A DNA stretch of 63,575 nucleotides from an uncultured Candidatus Saccharibacteria bacterium (GTDB taxonomy: Bacteria; Patescibacteriota; Minisyncoccia; Phycocordibacterales; JBBTRF01): positions 1 to 63,575 of the forward strand of contig CAZRTH010000004.1 in the NCBI GenBank assembly GCA_964602975.1, in the 5' to 3' direction. The notes beneath the pieces were generated by a model that saw nothing but the letters and a program-made list of their open reading frames with translations, made no database searches and was not told where the DNA came from. Made by a program: the position numbers and the translations under genes. Of the stretch, positions 24,586 through 33,564 are shown in pieces. Position 1 is the first letter of the stretch, and every line of letters begins with the position of its first letter.

Positions 24586-27213
24586 ATGAGATCGAATCCT
24601 TTCTACAAATACCTCGGAATCGCGCTCATGGCGGTCTTTGTTTTGTCTTTAGGATTTTCGCTTATTTCTGAAACAGCGCTTGCGCAAGGCAGCCTCCAAA
24701 CTCCTAAAGATGACACGAACTATAACGACACTGTAGCCCAGCGCATCAATGAAGGAGACAACCCGACTTATGACGACGTTGTTAATCAGCGTGCCGACGA
24801 AATAGCAAATCCGAGCTACGACGATGTCGTAAACGATCGGATCAATGAGACTCAGAATCCTTCCAACACTTCTGCGAATGGTCAGAGCCAAAATGCAAGC
24901 GCGCCCGGAAATGCCGCGACAGGCGGCAACGGCCAGCAGGACACGAGCTTCTCACTGAGAATGCTGTCCCCATACTACTTCATCCCAGCGATGATGAAGA
25001 TACTCGGGAATATGATCCTTGGAATTTTCGGTTGGGTCCTCGGCTTGGTCGGCTTGATCTTCAACTTCATCATCGACAAAACGATCGTGAATTTGAAAAC
25101 GACCATCGACAGCCTTGGCGTCATCAATGATATCTGGAAAGTGATCCGCGATTTCATCAATCTCTTCTTCATCTTCGCGCTTCTCTATGCTGCGGTCGGC
25201 ACAATCCTTGGTCTAGAGAAAGTCGATTGGAAAAAGACAGTTTCCAATTTGATCATTGCCGCGCTTCTCATGAACTTCAGTCTTTTCATCACCAAGGTGG
25301 TTCTCGACGTTTCCAATATCGTGACAATCGGCTTCTACAACCAGCTTCCGGGAGTAGGGGCGCAGGGTTTGGTCGGGGCGGACAAGGGCATATCGAACAG
25401 CATCATGCAGTCACTGAAATTGGAGACGATATACAAGCCGAAATACACCGGTACAGCCATCGGAGACATGGAGAACTCTCCAGCCACGGCATTTGCGTAC
25501 GTTCTGTCGACTTTCATGGCAAGCATTTTCATCTGCGTCACTATCGTAGTGATCGTTGCCGCCGGCTGGCTCTTCCTGAGGCGATTCATCGATATCATAT
25601 TCCTAATGATCCGCTCGCCGATCGCCTTTGCCGGACTAGTGCTGCCACAACTCGACGAATACCAAAAAAATTGGTGGAAAGAATTGCAAGCAAATGCCAC
25701 CTTCCCACCGGTATACATGGCGATGATGTGGATCACTTTCAAAATACTTCAGAGTCCCGGCTTCCAGACGGTAGCTCCGGGAGTGGACGGATTTTCGGGC
25801 CTTTTTTCAAGCTTGACCGGAACCACGATAAATATCGTCTTCCGTTTTATTGTCGTGATCGCCATGATGGTGTACGCGCTCAAGAGCGCGGGCAAAGTGG
25901 GTATCGAGGGCGGCGAGATCTTTACGGAATTCTTGTCGAAGAAGAAGGGGCAGCTGAAGGGTGTGATCGGAAGGAATACTCTCGGACGTGCAGCAGCTGC
26001 GGCAAGAGAAAGTGGTTTTGCCAAAAATGTTGAGGCTATTAGCCCTCTCGCTGGACGCCTCATGAACAGCAATTTGAAGACTATCAGCGGAGCTTCCTTT
26101 GGCGGGGCAAAGGGTGGTTTTGATGCTGCGGTAAAGCAATCAGAAAAAGACGCGAAGGAGGGTTATGAAAGAGTGTCTAAAGCAGTTGCATGGACCGAAG
26201 CGGCTCCATACAAGCGCACTTTTGAGAGCGACGAAGCCTTTGCCGCAAGAAACACTGCATACACCGAGAGGAAAGCTGCTTTTGAAAAGGAGGCCGGCAA
26301 AGACAAGGAGAAACGACAGAAAGACTACGTTGAATCTCTCAAGACCGGCGTGCCTGTTCTGCCTGATCTAAATGTAGGGGTGAAGACCAATATAAAGGCG
26401 CTCGATCCTTCTACTTGGACCAAAGAAAATCTCAAAAATACTAAGGTATCGGCAAATATTCAACCGTTCCGTGTTGGAGAGGAATGGAAGGAGAATATCT
26501 CTGCGGTAAACGCTGTCGATGAGCAAATCAAAGAAGACGCGAAGAAAGAGGACAAGAAGACAAGGGCAAAGACAGATCTCGGAAGGATCAAGACCGAGCA
26601 AGCGGAGGCCGAGGAAGAAATGTTGGCTTCATACAAGAAATACGCTGAAGCAGCTGGTGCAACACCGGAGGCGATCAACAAGCTTGTCGCTCTGCTGACA
26701 AAGCGATTCGAAGACATACCGAATGAAGGGGAGAGGATAGCGGCGATCGCGGCAAACAAGCAGGAGATTCGATCGGTCCTCGAGGAGATCCAGGTTTCTG
26801 AGGAGAGAAAGATCGAGGAGGAAACCAAGAAGATTGCCCAGCAGGAAGCAACGATGAGAAGCATTGAGATTGAATTGAATGCGGCATTCGAGGAAAAACG
26901 CTCAGCAGAAAAACCGACGACAGAAAAGAATATTCAGAGACTTCAGGGCGAATTGGCGGCGGCGACTTTGAACAGGAAAGTTCTTGAGAAGGCACCGGAC
27001 AAGCGAGCAGGTTTCTTAAAAACCGCTGAATCGAAAAAGAATGAAGCTGCCACCAAGCGGGAGCAGGTGATCACTCGAGAAAATCAACTTGCGCAAGAAG
27101 AGAAGCTCGACACTCTTGGCAAGGATATCGGCGCTGTGAAAGAGAGTTCTGGGAAAAAAGATGACGATGGCGGCGGAAAGGGTGGCGGCAAGCCAAAGGA
27201 GGATAAGAAATAA
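24586..27213 (+). CDS. Large polytopic membrane protein, VirB6/TrbL-like by architecture, with Lys/Glu-rich coiled-coil tail
   Basis: 875 aa. It has a signal peptide, three tandem ~16-aa NP(T/S)YDDVVNxR repeats, about 7 hydrophobic spans between residues ~125 and 470, then ~380 aa of charged coiled coil ending in GGGKGGGKPKEDKK. It sits upstream of the PrgI/VirB4 genes. The VirB6 call rests on topology and context only. Confidence 0.5.
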   Translation: MRSNPFYKYLGIALMAVFVLSLGFSLISETALAQGSLQTPKDDTNYNDTVAQRINEGDNPTYDDVVNQRADEIANPSYDDVVNDRINETQNPSNTSANGQSQNASAPGNAATGGNGQQDTSFSLRMLSPYYFIPAMMKILGNMILGIFGWVLGLVGLIFNFIIDKTIVNLKTTIDSLGVINDIWKVIRDFINLFFIFALLYAAVGTILGLEKVDWKKTVSNLIIAALLMNFSLFITKVVLDVSNIVTIGFYNQLPGVGAQGLVGADKGISNSIMQSLKLETIYKPKYTGTAIGDMENSPATAFAYVLSTFMASIFICVTIVVIVAAGWLFLRRFIDIIFLMIRSPIAFAGLVLPQLDEYQKNWWKELQANATFPPVYMAMMWITFKILQSPGFQTVAPGVDGFSGLFSSLTGTTINIVFRFIVVIAMMVYALKSAGKVGIEGGEIFTEFLSKKKGQLKGVIGRNTLGRAAAAARESGFAKNVEAISPLAGRLMNSNLKTISGASFGGAKGGFDAAVKQSEKDAKEGYERVSKAVAWTEAAPYKRTFESDEAFAARNTAYTERKAAFEKEAGKDKEKRQKDYVESLKTGVPVLPDLNVGVKTNIKALDPSTWTKENLKNTKVSANIQPFRVGEEWKENISAVNAVDEQIKEDAKKEDKKTRAKTDLGRIKTEQAEAEEEMLASYKKYAEAAGATPEAINKLVALLTKRFEDIPNEGERIAAIAANKQEIRSVLEEIQVSEERKIEEETKKIAQQEATMRSIEIELNAAFEEKRSAEKPTTEKNIQRLQGELAAATLNRKVLEKAPDKRAGFLKTAESKKNEAATKREQVITRENQLAQEEKLDTLGKDIGAVKESSGKKDDDGGGKGGGKPKEDKK

Positions 27214-27225
27214 AAAGCGAACACC

Positions 27226-27759
27226 ATGATACCAAGATCAATACGAACTGCGGCAGAAATGGAAAGCTACTTCAATAGCCTTCCTTCTGATATTCAGAAC
27301 GCATTGACCGATACTCATCTTCAGGAACAGATCAGTGAGATTTGTGATCGGAATGGGGTTGCAGGTAGCTGTGAGTTGATCACGAAAGAGACGACCGCAA
27401 CGCTCATGGGAGTACAACCGATAAAAGGTTTTGTCTCTCGATTGGCAGCACAGGCAAAGATCGCCGCGCCGGTAGCGCAGAAAATTGCCGACGAGATCAA
27501 CGAAAATATCTTTCGAGCAGTGCGACAATCGCTCATCCTCATCCATGAAATACCGCAGAATGAGCAGGCACAGATACCGGCAGTGGAGCAGCATTTCGAG
27601 CACTTGATCGAAAACCACACTCCGGCGAAAATTGCTTTGTCTCGCCCAGCTGCTCCCGCCCCAAAAACCCTCGCTGAGCAGAAAATGAGCCGCCCGACCA
27701 GCCTGCCGCCCCAGATCTCCCGCAATGAACCGGATCCATACAGAGAGTCGATCGAATAG
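27226..27759 (+). CDS. Hypothetical protein (no signal peptide)
   Basis: 177-aa ORF inside the operon. I recognise no motif. Confidence 0.5.
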   Translation: MIPRSIRTAAEMESYFNSLPSDIQNALTDTHLQEQISEICDRNGVAGSCELITKETTATLMGVQPIKGFVSRLAAQAKIAAPVAQKIADEINENIFRAVRQSLILIHEIPQNEQAQIPAVEQHFEHLIENHTPAKIALSRPAAPAPKTLAEQKMSRPTSLPPQISRNEPDPYRESIE

Positions 27760-27776
27760 TGCGGTATAATAACGCC

Positions 27777-28226
27777 ATGCGATTCCAAGTTCCACAATTC
27801 ATCGAGGTGGAAGACAAGATCATCGGTCCCTTGACCATCAAGCAATTCATTTACATCGCTGGCGGCGCCGGCATGTGCTTCGTCATTGTGCGATTCCTGC
27901 CGCTCTTTATCGGCATCTTGGTAGCGCTTCCGATAGGAGCCTTTGCCCTAGCTCTCGCGTTCTATCATCCCAACGAGCGGCAAACATTTATCCTCTTTGT
28001 GGAGAATGCTTTTCGCTACTTCATTGGCAACAAGCTATACATCTGGAAAAAGCAGGAGAAAAAGCCAGTAGCAAAGACAGCGGAAGAGAGGGAATCCACC
28101 AACGATCTGGACAATCTGTACGTGCCGCGCCTAGCAGACAGCAAGCTGAAAGACATGACATGGAACCTAGATATCACGACGAAGGAGCTGGCTAATCCCG
28201 TTACGAAAAACAATAAACAGGTATAA
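27777..28226 (+). CDS. PrgI-family (VirB3-like) small membrane protein
   Basis: MRFQVPQFIEVEDKIIGPLTIKQFIYIAGGAG followed by two hydrophobic helices is the characteristic PrgI-family N-terminus. Start set at the ATG at 27777 rather than the tracked GTG at 27759. Confidence 0.75.
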   Translation: MRFQVPQFIEVEDKIIGPLTIKQFIYIAGGAGMCFVIVRFLPLFIGILVALPIGAFALALAFYHPNERQTFILFVENAFRYFIGNKLYIWKKQEKKPVAKTAEERESTNDLDNLYVPRLADSKLKDMTWNLDITTKELANPVTKNNKQV

Positions 28227-28244
28227 TTCAGTTATCGCACCACA

Positions 28245-28877
28245 ATGGCACTCACCAAATCAGCACCGAGCCAACAGTTTGTCCCTATCAAAGAAGTGAG
28301 GGATGGCATTGCCATCCTCAAAGACGGCTCAATGCGTGCGCTTCTGCTCACTTCTTCCCTCAACTTCGCACTCAAATCCACCGAGAGTCAGGAGGCGATC
28401 ATCTACCAGTTCCAAAATTTCCTCAATTCACTGGATTTCACTGTGCAGATATTCATCACTTCACGCCGGCTCGACATTCGGCCATACATCGCGCTGCTCG
28501 AGAACCGATACAAGGAGCAAACAGGGGAGTTGCTACGCCTTCAGACTCGGGAGTATATCGAATTCATCAAAAAGTTCACCGAATCTGCCAATATCATGAC
28601 AAAAAGCTTCTTCGTGGTGGTGCCGTATAGCTCGGCGATCCTCAACAAGGGCAGCGCTTCCGGCATTTTCGGCAAAAAAGACGTGCAGAAGGAGACAGTT
28701 CAGAAAAATGAGGCATTCGAGGAAGCAAAATCACAAATTCAGCAGCGTGTGAGCGTCGTCGAGCAGGGATTGACCCGTGTCGGAGTGCGAGTAGCACAGC
28801 TCGGAACCGAAGAGATCATCGAGCTCTTCTACAAGATCTTTAACCCCGGCGAAACTGACAAGCCGATCCAGCTATAA
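28245..28877 (+). CDS. Hypothetical protein, possible stand-alone paralog of the VirB4 N-terminal domain
   Basis: 210 aa. By eye, its motif order resembles residues ~30-190 of the downstream VirB4. Examples: FLNSLDFTVQIFITSRRLDIRPYIALLENR versus IINLDKIFDISIFIHPIDTAQVLRQFQKKV, and SFFVVVPYS versus VGLYISIYG. Confidence 0.4.
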   Translation: MALTKSAPSQQFVPIKEVRDGIAILKDGSMRALLLTSSLNFALKSTESQEAIIYQFQNFLNSLDFTVQIFITSRRLDIRPYIALLENRYKEQTGELLRLQTREYIEFIKKFTESANIMTKSFFVVVPYSSAILNKGSASGIFGKKDVQKETVQKNEAFEEAKSQIQQRVSVVEQGLTRVGVRVAQLGTEEIIELFYKIFNPGETDKPIQL

Positions 28878-28885
28878 ACACTACT

Positions 28886-30730
28886 ATGGGATTTCTTTCA
28901 AACATGTTTAGCAAAAAGGGGAGTGCGGATGCTCAATTGAAAGCATCGATCTTGCCGCAGGACATTTACAATGCTAGCACCCTCGACCTAAAAGACGTCA
29001 TCGCCCCTTCCGCGCTCAAGGTAAGCCCTCGTTCGCTCAACCTCGGCGAAAAGCTCGTGCGCACCTTCTTCGTCATTTCATACCCACGATACCTTTCTGA
29101 AGGTTGGTTCTCGCCGATCATCAATCTCGACAAGATCTTCGATATTTCGATCTTTATCCATCCGATCGATACGGCGCAAGTGCTCCGACAATTTCAAAAG
29201 AAGGTGGCCGAGGTGCAGAGCCAGATCCATGACCGAGAGCGCAAAGGTTTGGTGCGAGACCCAATGCTCGATACCGCATATCAAGATCTCGAGTCCCTTC
29301 GAGACAATTTGATGCAGGCACAGGAAAAGCTTTTCGACGTCGGTCTCTATATCTCTATCTATGGAGACACTGAACAGGAGCTCGACAAGATCGAATCCGA
29401 GATCAAGTCTATCCTCGAATCGAAGCTGATCTACCTGCGCCCTGCGCTGTTCCAGCAGGAGCAGGGTTTGCGCAGCGTGTTGCCGATCGCGACAGACGAG
29501 CTCAATGTGCTCTCAAAGCTCAATTCTTCGCCACTTTCCAGCCTTTTTCCATTCACCTCATTCGACCTCACTTCGGACAAAGGTATTTTGTACGGTATCA
29601 ACCGCCACAATTCTTCGCTGGTGCTCTTCGATCGCTTCTCCCTCGAAAACTACAACTCCATCACCTTTGCAAAGTCCGGTTCCGGAAAATCATACTGTAC
29701 CAAGCTTGAGATCTTGAGAACATTGATGTTTGATACCGAGGTGATCGTCATTGACCCTGAAAAGGAGTACGAATACATGGCGCAAGCGTCGGGAGGGAAG
29801 TATTTCAATATCTCGCTGAACTCGCCGCACCATATCAACCCATTCGACTTGCCGGTACCGCGCGAAGATGAGTCGGGTGCCGATGTGCTCCGCTCAAACA
29901 TCATCAACTTGGTGGGTATTTTCCGAATCATGCTTGGCGGACTCACGCCGGAGGAAGATGCGATCATCGACCGTGCGATCACCGAGACCTACGCGCTCAA
30001 AGATATCACTCCGGATGCTGATCTCAGCAAGGTGGAAGCACCGCTGATGTCCGATTTCGAATTGGTGCTTGCTGGCATGCAAGGAGCAGAGTCACTCGTC
30101 CAACGTCTCACCAAATACACGCGAGGTACTTGGTCCGGCTTTCTCAATCGTCCAACCAACGTCGATATCAACAACAAGTTCATCGTCTTCTCGCTCCGCG
30201 ACATGGAAGAGGAGCTCAAGCCGGTGGCAATGTACATCGTGACGCACTTCATTTGGAACGCTGTGCGCAAAAATCTCCGCAAGCGCCTGCTGGTGATCGA
30301 CGAAGCATGGTGGATGATGAAATCCGAAGATACGGCTTCATTCCTGCTTAGTTTGGCGAAACGCGGTCGAAAATACTACCTCGGCCTCGCCACCATCACC
30401 CAAGACGTCGACGACTTTTTGAAATCGCCATACGGTCTGCCGATCATCACCAACTCTTCCATTCAGATCCTCCTCAAGCAGTCACCAACTTCGATCGACA
30501 AGCTCCAGGCGACCTTCAACCTCACCGATGAGGAAAAGTTTTTGCTCCTCGAGTCGGGCGTTGGTGAGGGTTTGTTCTTTGTTGGCCTCAAACATGTCGC
30601 GATCAAGATCATTGCCTCATACACCGAAGACCAGATCATCACCTCCGACCCATCGCAGATATTGGCGATCCAAAAAGCCAAGGCCGACCTCTCTGCGAGC
30701 GCGAATGAGGCAGCTAGCCAAAAGGCGTAG
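28886..30730 (+). CDS. virB4: VirB4/TrsE/PrgJ-like type IV secretion ATPase
   Basis: 614 aa. Walker A FAKSGSGKSY, Walker B LLVIDEAWWMM, and an N-terminal domain pattern (TFFVISYPRYLSEGWFSPIIN) typical of VirB4 proteins from monoderm systems. Confidence 0.85.
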   Translation: MGFLSNMFSKKGSADAQLKASILPQDIYNASTLDLKDVIAPSALKVSPRSLNLGEKLVRTFFVISYPRYLSEGWFSPIINLDKIFDISIFIHPIDTAQVLRQFQKKVAEVQSQIHDRERKGLVRDPMLDTAYQDLESLRDNLMQAQEKLFDVGLYISIYGDTEQELDKIESEIKSILESKLIYLRPALFQQEQGLRSVLPIATDELNVLSKLNSSPLSSLFPFTSFDLTSDKGILYGINRHNSSLVLFDRFSLENYNSITFAKSGSGKSYCTKLEILRTLMFDTEVIVIDPEKEYEYMAQASGGKYFNISLNSPHHINPFDLPVPREDESGADVLRSNIINLVGIFRIMLGGLTPEEDAIIDRAITETYALKDITPDADLSKVEAPLMSDFELVLAGMQGAESLVQRLTKYTRGTWSGFLNRPTNVDINNKFIVFSLRDMEEELKPVAMYIVTHFIWNAVRKNLRKRLLVIDEAWWMMKSEDTASFLLSLAKRGRKYYLGLATITQDVDDFLKSPYGLPIITNSSIQILLKQSPTSIDKLQATFNLTDEEKFLLLESGVGEGLFFVGLKHVAIKIIASYTEDQIITSDPSQILAIQKAKADLSASANEAASQKA

Positions 30731-30742
30731 CGAAACATTCCC

Positions 30743-31231
30743 ATGGCCTCGAAAGATCATCACGAACCTATCACCAATCTCGGTTGGTTTTTCCTTTTCG
30801 CTTTTACCATCACTATCGACATTGCTCAAATACTACTGGATCTCGCTTTTGGGGCCGGCGTAATAGCAAATCGGATCATTGATGTGGGTGTCGCCTTTGC
30901 ACTCCTCCTGATCTTCTATCTGAAAGGTGTGTCGCTCACCCCCGCGCAATACAGCAGCATCTGTGCGGCTTTTATTGGCGAAGAGATCCCCGCGATCGAT
31001 GTCCTCCCAATGTGGACACTCGATGTGTTCTATATTTTCATGAGCATCAAAGGGCAGGAACTCGCTGAAAAGGCCGGAGTGGCAGGGAAGGTGGTGGAAA
31101 TGGCGGTCAAAGCCGCAAAGAAAGGGCAGGGAGGCGGCGGATCGGCCGCTGCCTCTGCCGCGAACGAGGCTGAATTGCCTCCACCACTCCCAACCAATAC
31201 AGTAGACCTGCGACCGCCGAGCAGCGCTTAG
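30743..31231 (+). CDS. Hypothetical small polytopic membrane protein
   Basis: 162 aa with 3-4 hydrophobic spans and a Gly/Ala/Pro-rich tail. Confidence 0.55.
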   Translation: MASKDHHEPITNLGWFFLFAFTITIDIAQILLDLAFGAGVIANRIIDVGVAFALLLIFYLKGVSLTPAQYSSICAAFIGEEIPAIDVLPMWTLDVFYIFMSIKGQELAEKAGVAGKVVEMAVKAAKKGQGGGGSAAASAANEAELPPPLPTNTVDLRPPSSA

Positions 31232-31275
31232 TTATTCACTACAGCAACAAGGGCTTTGTGATAAAATGAAGGGGC

Positions 31276-32484
31276 ATGAGATCTCACAACGTTCTCACAT
31301 ACGCCGTTGCATCTTTCTGTATTTGCCTCATTTCCCTATGGGTACTCGGCACAGTTGTCGCCACTCCTGCTTTTGCCCAAACAACGGCCTCGACCGCAAC
31401 CTCATCAGCCTCATCGGCCACCTCCACCCCCGAAAGCGCGCTTGATGAATACCTGAAACAGCTCAACTCAGCCACATCGAGCATTCCTGACTATCTAAAG
31501 AACGCGAAGCCTCCAACCGAAGCGGATATTCCCGAGCTTCCGGACGAATTCAAGCAGGTGCCGATCATCGTCACGTTGAAGCCCGAGTTTCCGACAGCTT
31601 TTCAAGATGTGGTAGCAAGCGTGGACAGCTATTCGGCCGACATGGATCGAAGCCAGATCACTTGGTCGATCAATGGCAAGACGGTCAAGAAGGGTACCGG
31701 TGTAAAAACGTTTAATTTCAAAGCAGGAAAGAATGGCAGCTACACTACGCTCGGCGTTTCGATTCTTTTCAACGGCGTCACGAGCAAGAAAAGTGTGAGC
31801 ATCACCCCAGCCACCGTGGATCTTGTATGGCAGTCCGATTCATACGTTCCACCCTTCTATAAAGGCAAGGCTCTCTTTTCTCATCAAAGCAACGTCAAGG
31901 TGGTCGCCATTCCAAACATCTTCACAAAGGACGGCGTACTGATCCCTGCCTCGAAACTCATCTATCGATGGAAGCTCGATCGGGAATTCGTAGCGGCTGT
32001 CTCGGGAGTTGGCAAAAATATCGTCGTCTTCAATGAAGCAATCCCTGTCGATGAAAAAGCGATTAGTGTAGAGGTCTCGACCGCCGACTCCAGCGTGAGC
32101 ACATTTGGACAGATTTTCGTGCACAGCGTCGGAACCAATCCTGTATTGTACCAAGATGCACCTCTTACCGGCATCTCATACGAACGGGCGCTGCCGAGCA
32201 GCTTGAGCTTGGCTGATTCTGAAATGAAGCTCGTCGTCGAACCCTATTTCTTCTCAGTGAAAAGCCGCGATAGCAGCAACTTGTACTACTCATGGTCTCT
32301 CAATGGCAATACGGTTCCCGAAGTGAGCCGCAGCAGCATCGTGTTCAAAGTGCCTGAAGCAGAAAAGGGGACTGCGCAGGTGAATGTCGAGCTAAAGCAG
32401 CCAAATAAAGTGTTTCAAACCAATGCCGGCAGCTTGCTGATCAATTATTCCAGCCCAGGCAGCGGTAAATCTCTCTTTCAATGA
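31276..32484 (+). CDS. Hypothetical secreted protein
   Basis: 402 aa. Signal peptide (SLWVLGTVVATPAFA), a Ser/Thr/Ala-rich linker, then beta-rich sequence. Confidence 0.55.
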   Translation: MRSHNVLTYAVASFCICLISLWVLGTVVATPAFAQTTASTATSSASSATSTPESALDEYLKQLNSATSSIPDYLKNAKPPTEADIPELPDEFKQVPIIVTLKPEFPTAFQDVVASVDSYSADMDRSQITWSINGKTVKKGTGVKTFNFKAGKNGSYTTLGVSILFNGVTSKKSVSITPATVDLVWQSDSYVPPFYKGKALFSHQSNVKVVAIPNIFTKDGVLIPASKLIYRWKLDREFVAAVSGVGKNIVVFNEAIPVDEKAISVEVSTADSSVSTFGQIFVHSVGTNPVLYQDAPLTGISYERALPSSLSLADSEMKLVVEPYFFSVKSRDSSNLYYSWSLNGNTVPEVSRSSIVFKVPEAEKGTAQVNVELKQPNKVFQTNAGSLLINYSSPGSGKSLFQ

Positions 32485-33518
32485 TAACAACGATGCTCGC
32501 TAGAAGTATAAAACGATCGGGAAGCCTTCTGAAGCATTCAATGATTTTTGCCTGTTTGCTTCTCGCTCTCGCAGGAACGATGTTGCCAGCGACGGCCTCC
32601 GCTGTAGCAGGTTTTGGCAACGCGGGAACCTACGTGTTGCTTGCGCCGATTCCGGGTACATACGACGAAGGTAGCTGTGCGCCAGGAATCGCAAATAGCT
32701 ACACCAACGGAGGACCTTCGGGAGGAAATGATGCGAGCGTACAAAATTGTACGACCAACTTTGTGACCTACATAAAGGGGTTTTTCAAGCTCGTAATTTC
32801 GCTATCATCGATCATCGCCGTGCTCGTGATCACTGCAGAGGGCTTCAAATTGGCCATTTCTACCAGTGAAGGGGCTCGAGACACTGCCAAAGAACGAATT
32901 GAACAGGCGCTGATCGGACTGGGTTTGGTGCTCGGATCGTATTTGATTCTGAATACCATAAATCCCGAACTCACCAAGATCAATTTCTACGTGGACAAGG
33001 TAGCGGATTACGCCGGCACATCAGCCTTCTTGCAAGATGGCCTGACTCAGGCACTCACCAATGAACAGGTGGCGGAAGCGCAGCGACGTGCTGATAGAGA
33101 AGCGAATGCCAATTTCAGCGCGCTTGCCACGCCGATACGAAAAGAGCTCGAGGAGCTCGGCGATTGCGCGGAGAAAGACGCGGCAGTCATGAATGACTGT
33201 TACAATAGGAAAACTGAGCTTGAGGAAGCCTTGAAACAAGCTGAGGCGAGCACAGATGTCCGAGCGGCAACAAACGCGCTTACGAGGCAGGTGAGAGAAC
33301 AAGTCGATCCGCTGCTCGTTCCGCCAACAACGTCAGCGGAAATCCACCAAGCGAGAACTGAGCTGGCTCAAATGTGGCGGATCGCTTCACAAAGGATCAC
33401 TGCATTGAGAGCGGAGGGCAAGACCGCTCAAGCCGATGCGGTCTTGGTGGAGGCACAGAAGATTCAACAGGAGACGAGCGCGCGTATCGATTTTCGAGCA
33501 AATCATCCGGATGGATGA
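32481..33518 (+). CDS. T4SS pilin-like (TrbC/VirB2-type hairpin) protein with long C-terminal coiled-coil extension
   Basis: Signal peptide (LLLALAGTMLPATASA), then a two-helix hydrophobic hairpin: FVTYIKGFFKLVISLSSIIAVLVITAEGFKLAISTSEGARDTAKERIEQALIGLGLVLGSYLILNTINPEL. This resembles the T4SS_pilin pattern common in candidate phyla (recollection; needs hmmscan). About 170 extra C-terminal residues follow. ATGA overlap with the upstream gene. Confidence 0.55.
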   Translation: MITTMLARSIKRSGSLLKHSMIFACLLLALAGTMLPATASAVAGFGNAGTYVLLAPIPGTYDEGSCAPGIANSYTNGGPSGGNDASVQNCTTNFVTYIKGFFKLVISLSSIIAVLVITAEGFKLAISTSEGARDTAKERIEQALIGLGLVLGSYLILNTINPELTKINFYVDKVADYAGTSAFLQDGLTQALTNEQVAEAQRRADREANANFSALATPIRKELEELGDCAEKDAAVMNDCYNRKTELEEALKQAEASTDVRAATNALTRQVREQVDPLLVPPTTSAEIHQARTELAQMWRIASQRITALRAEGKTAQADAVLVEAQKIQQETSARIDFRANHPDG

Positions 33519-33564
33519 TAATGGTGAATATTCGTCTGGCGGATTCGGCACGTAAAACAATCGT

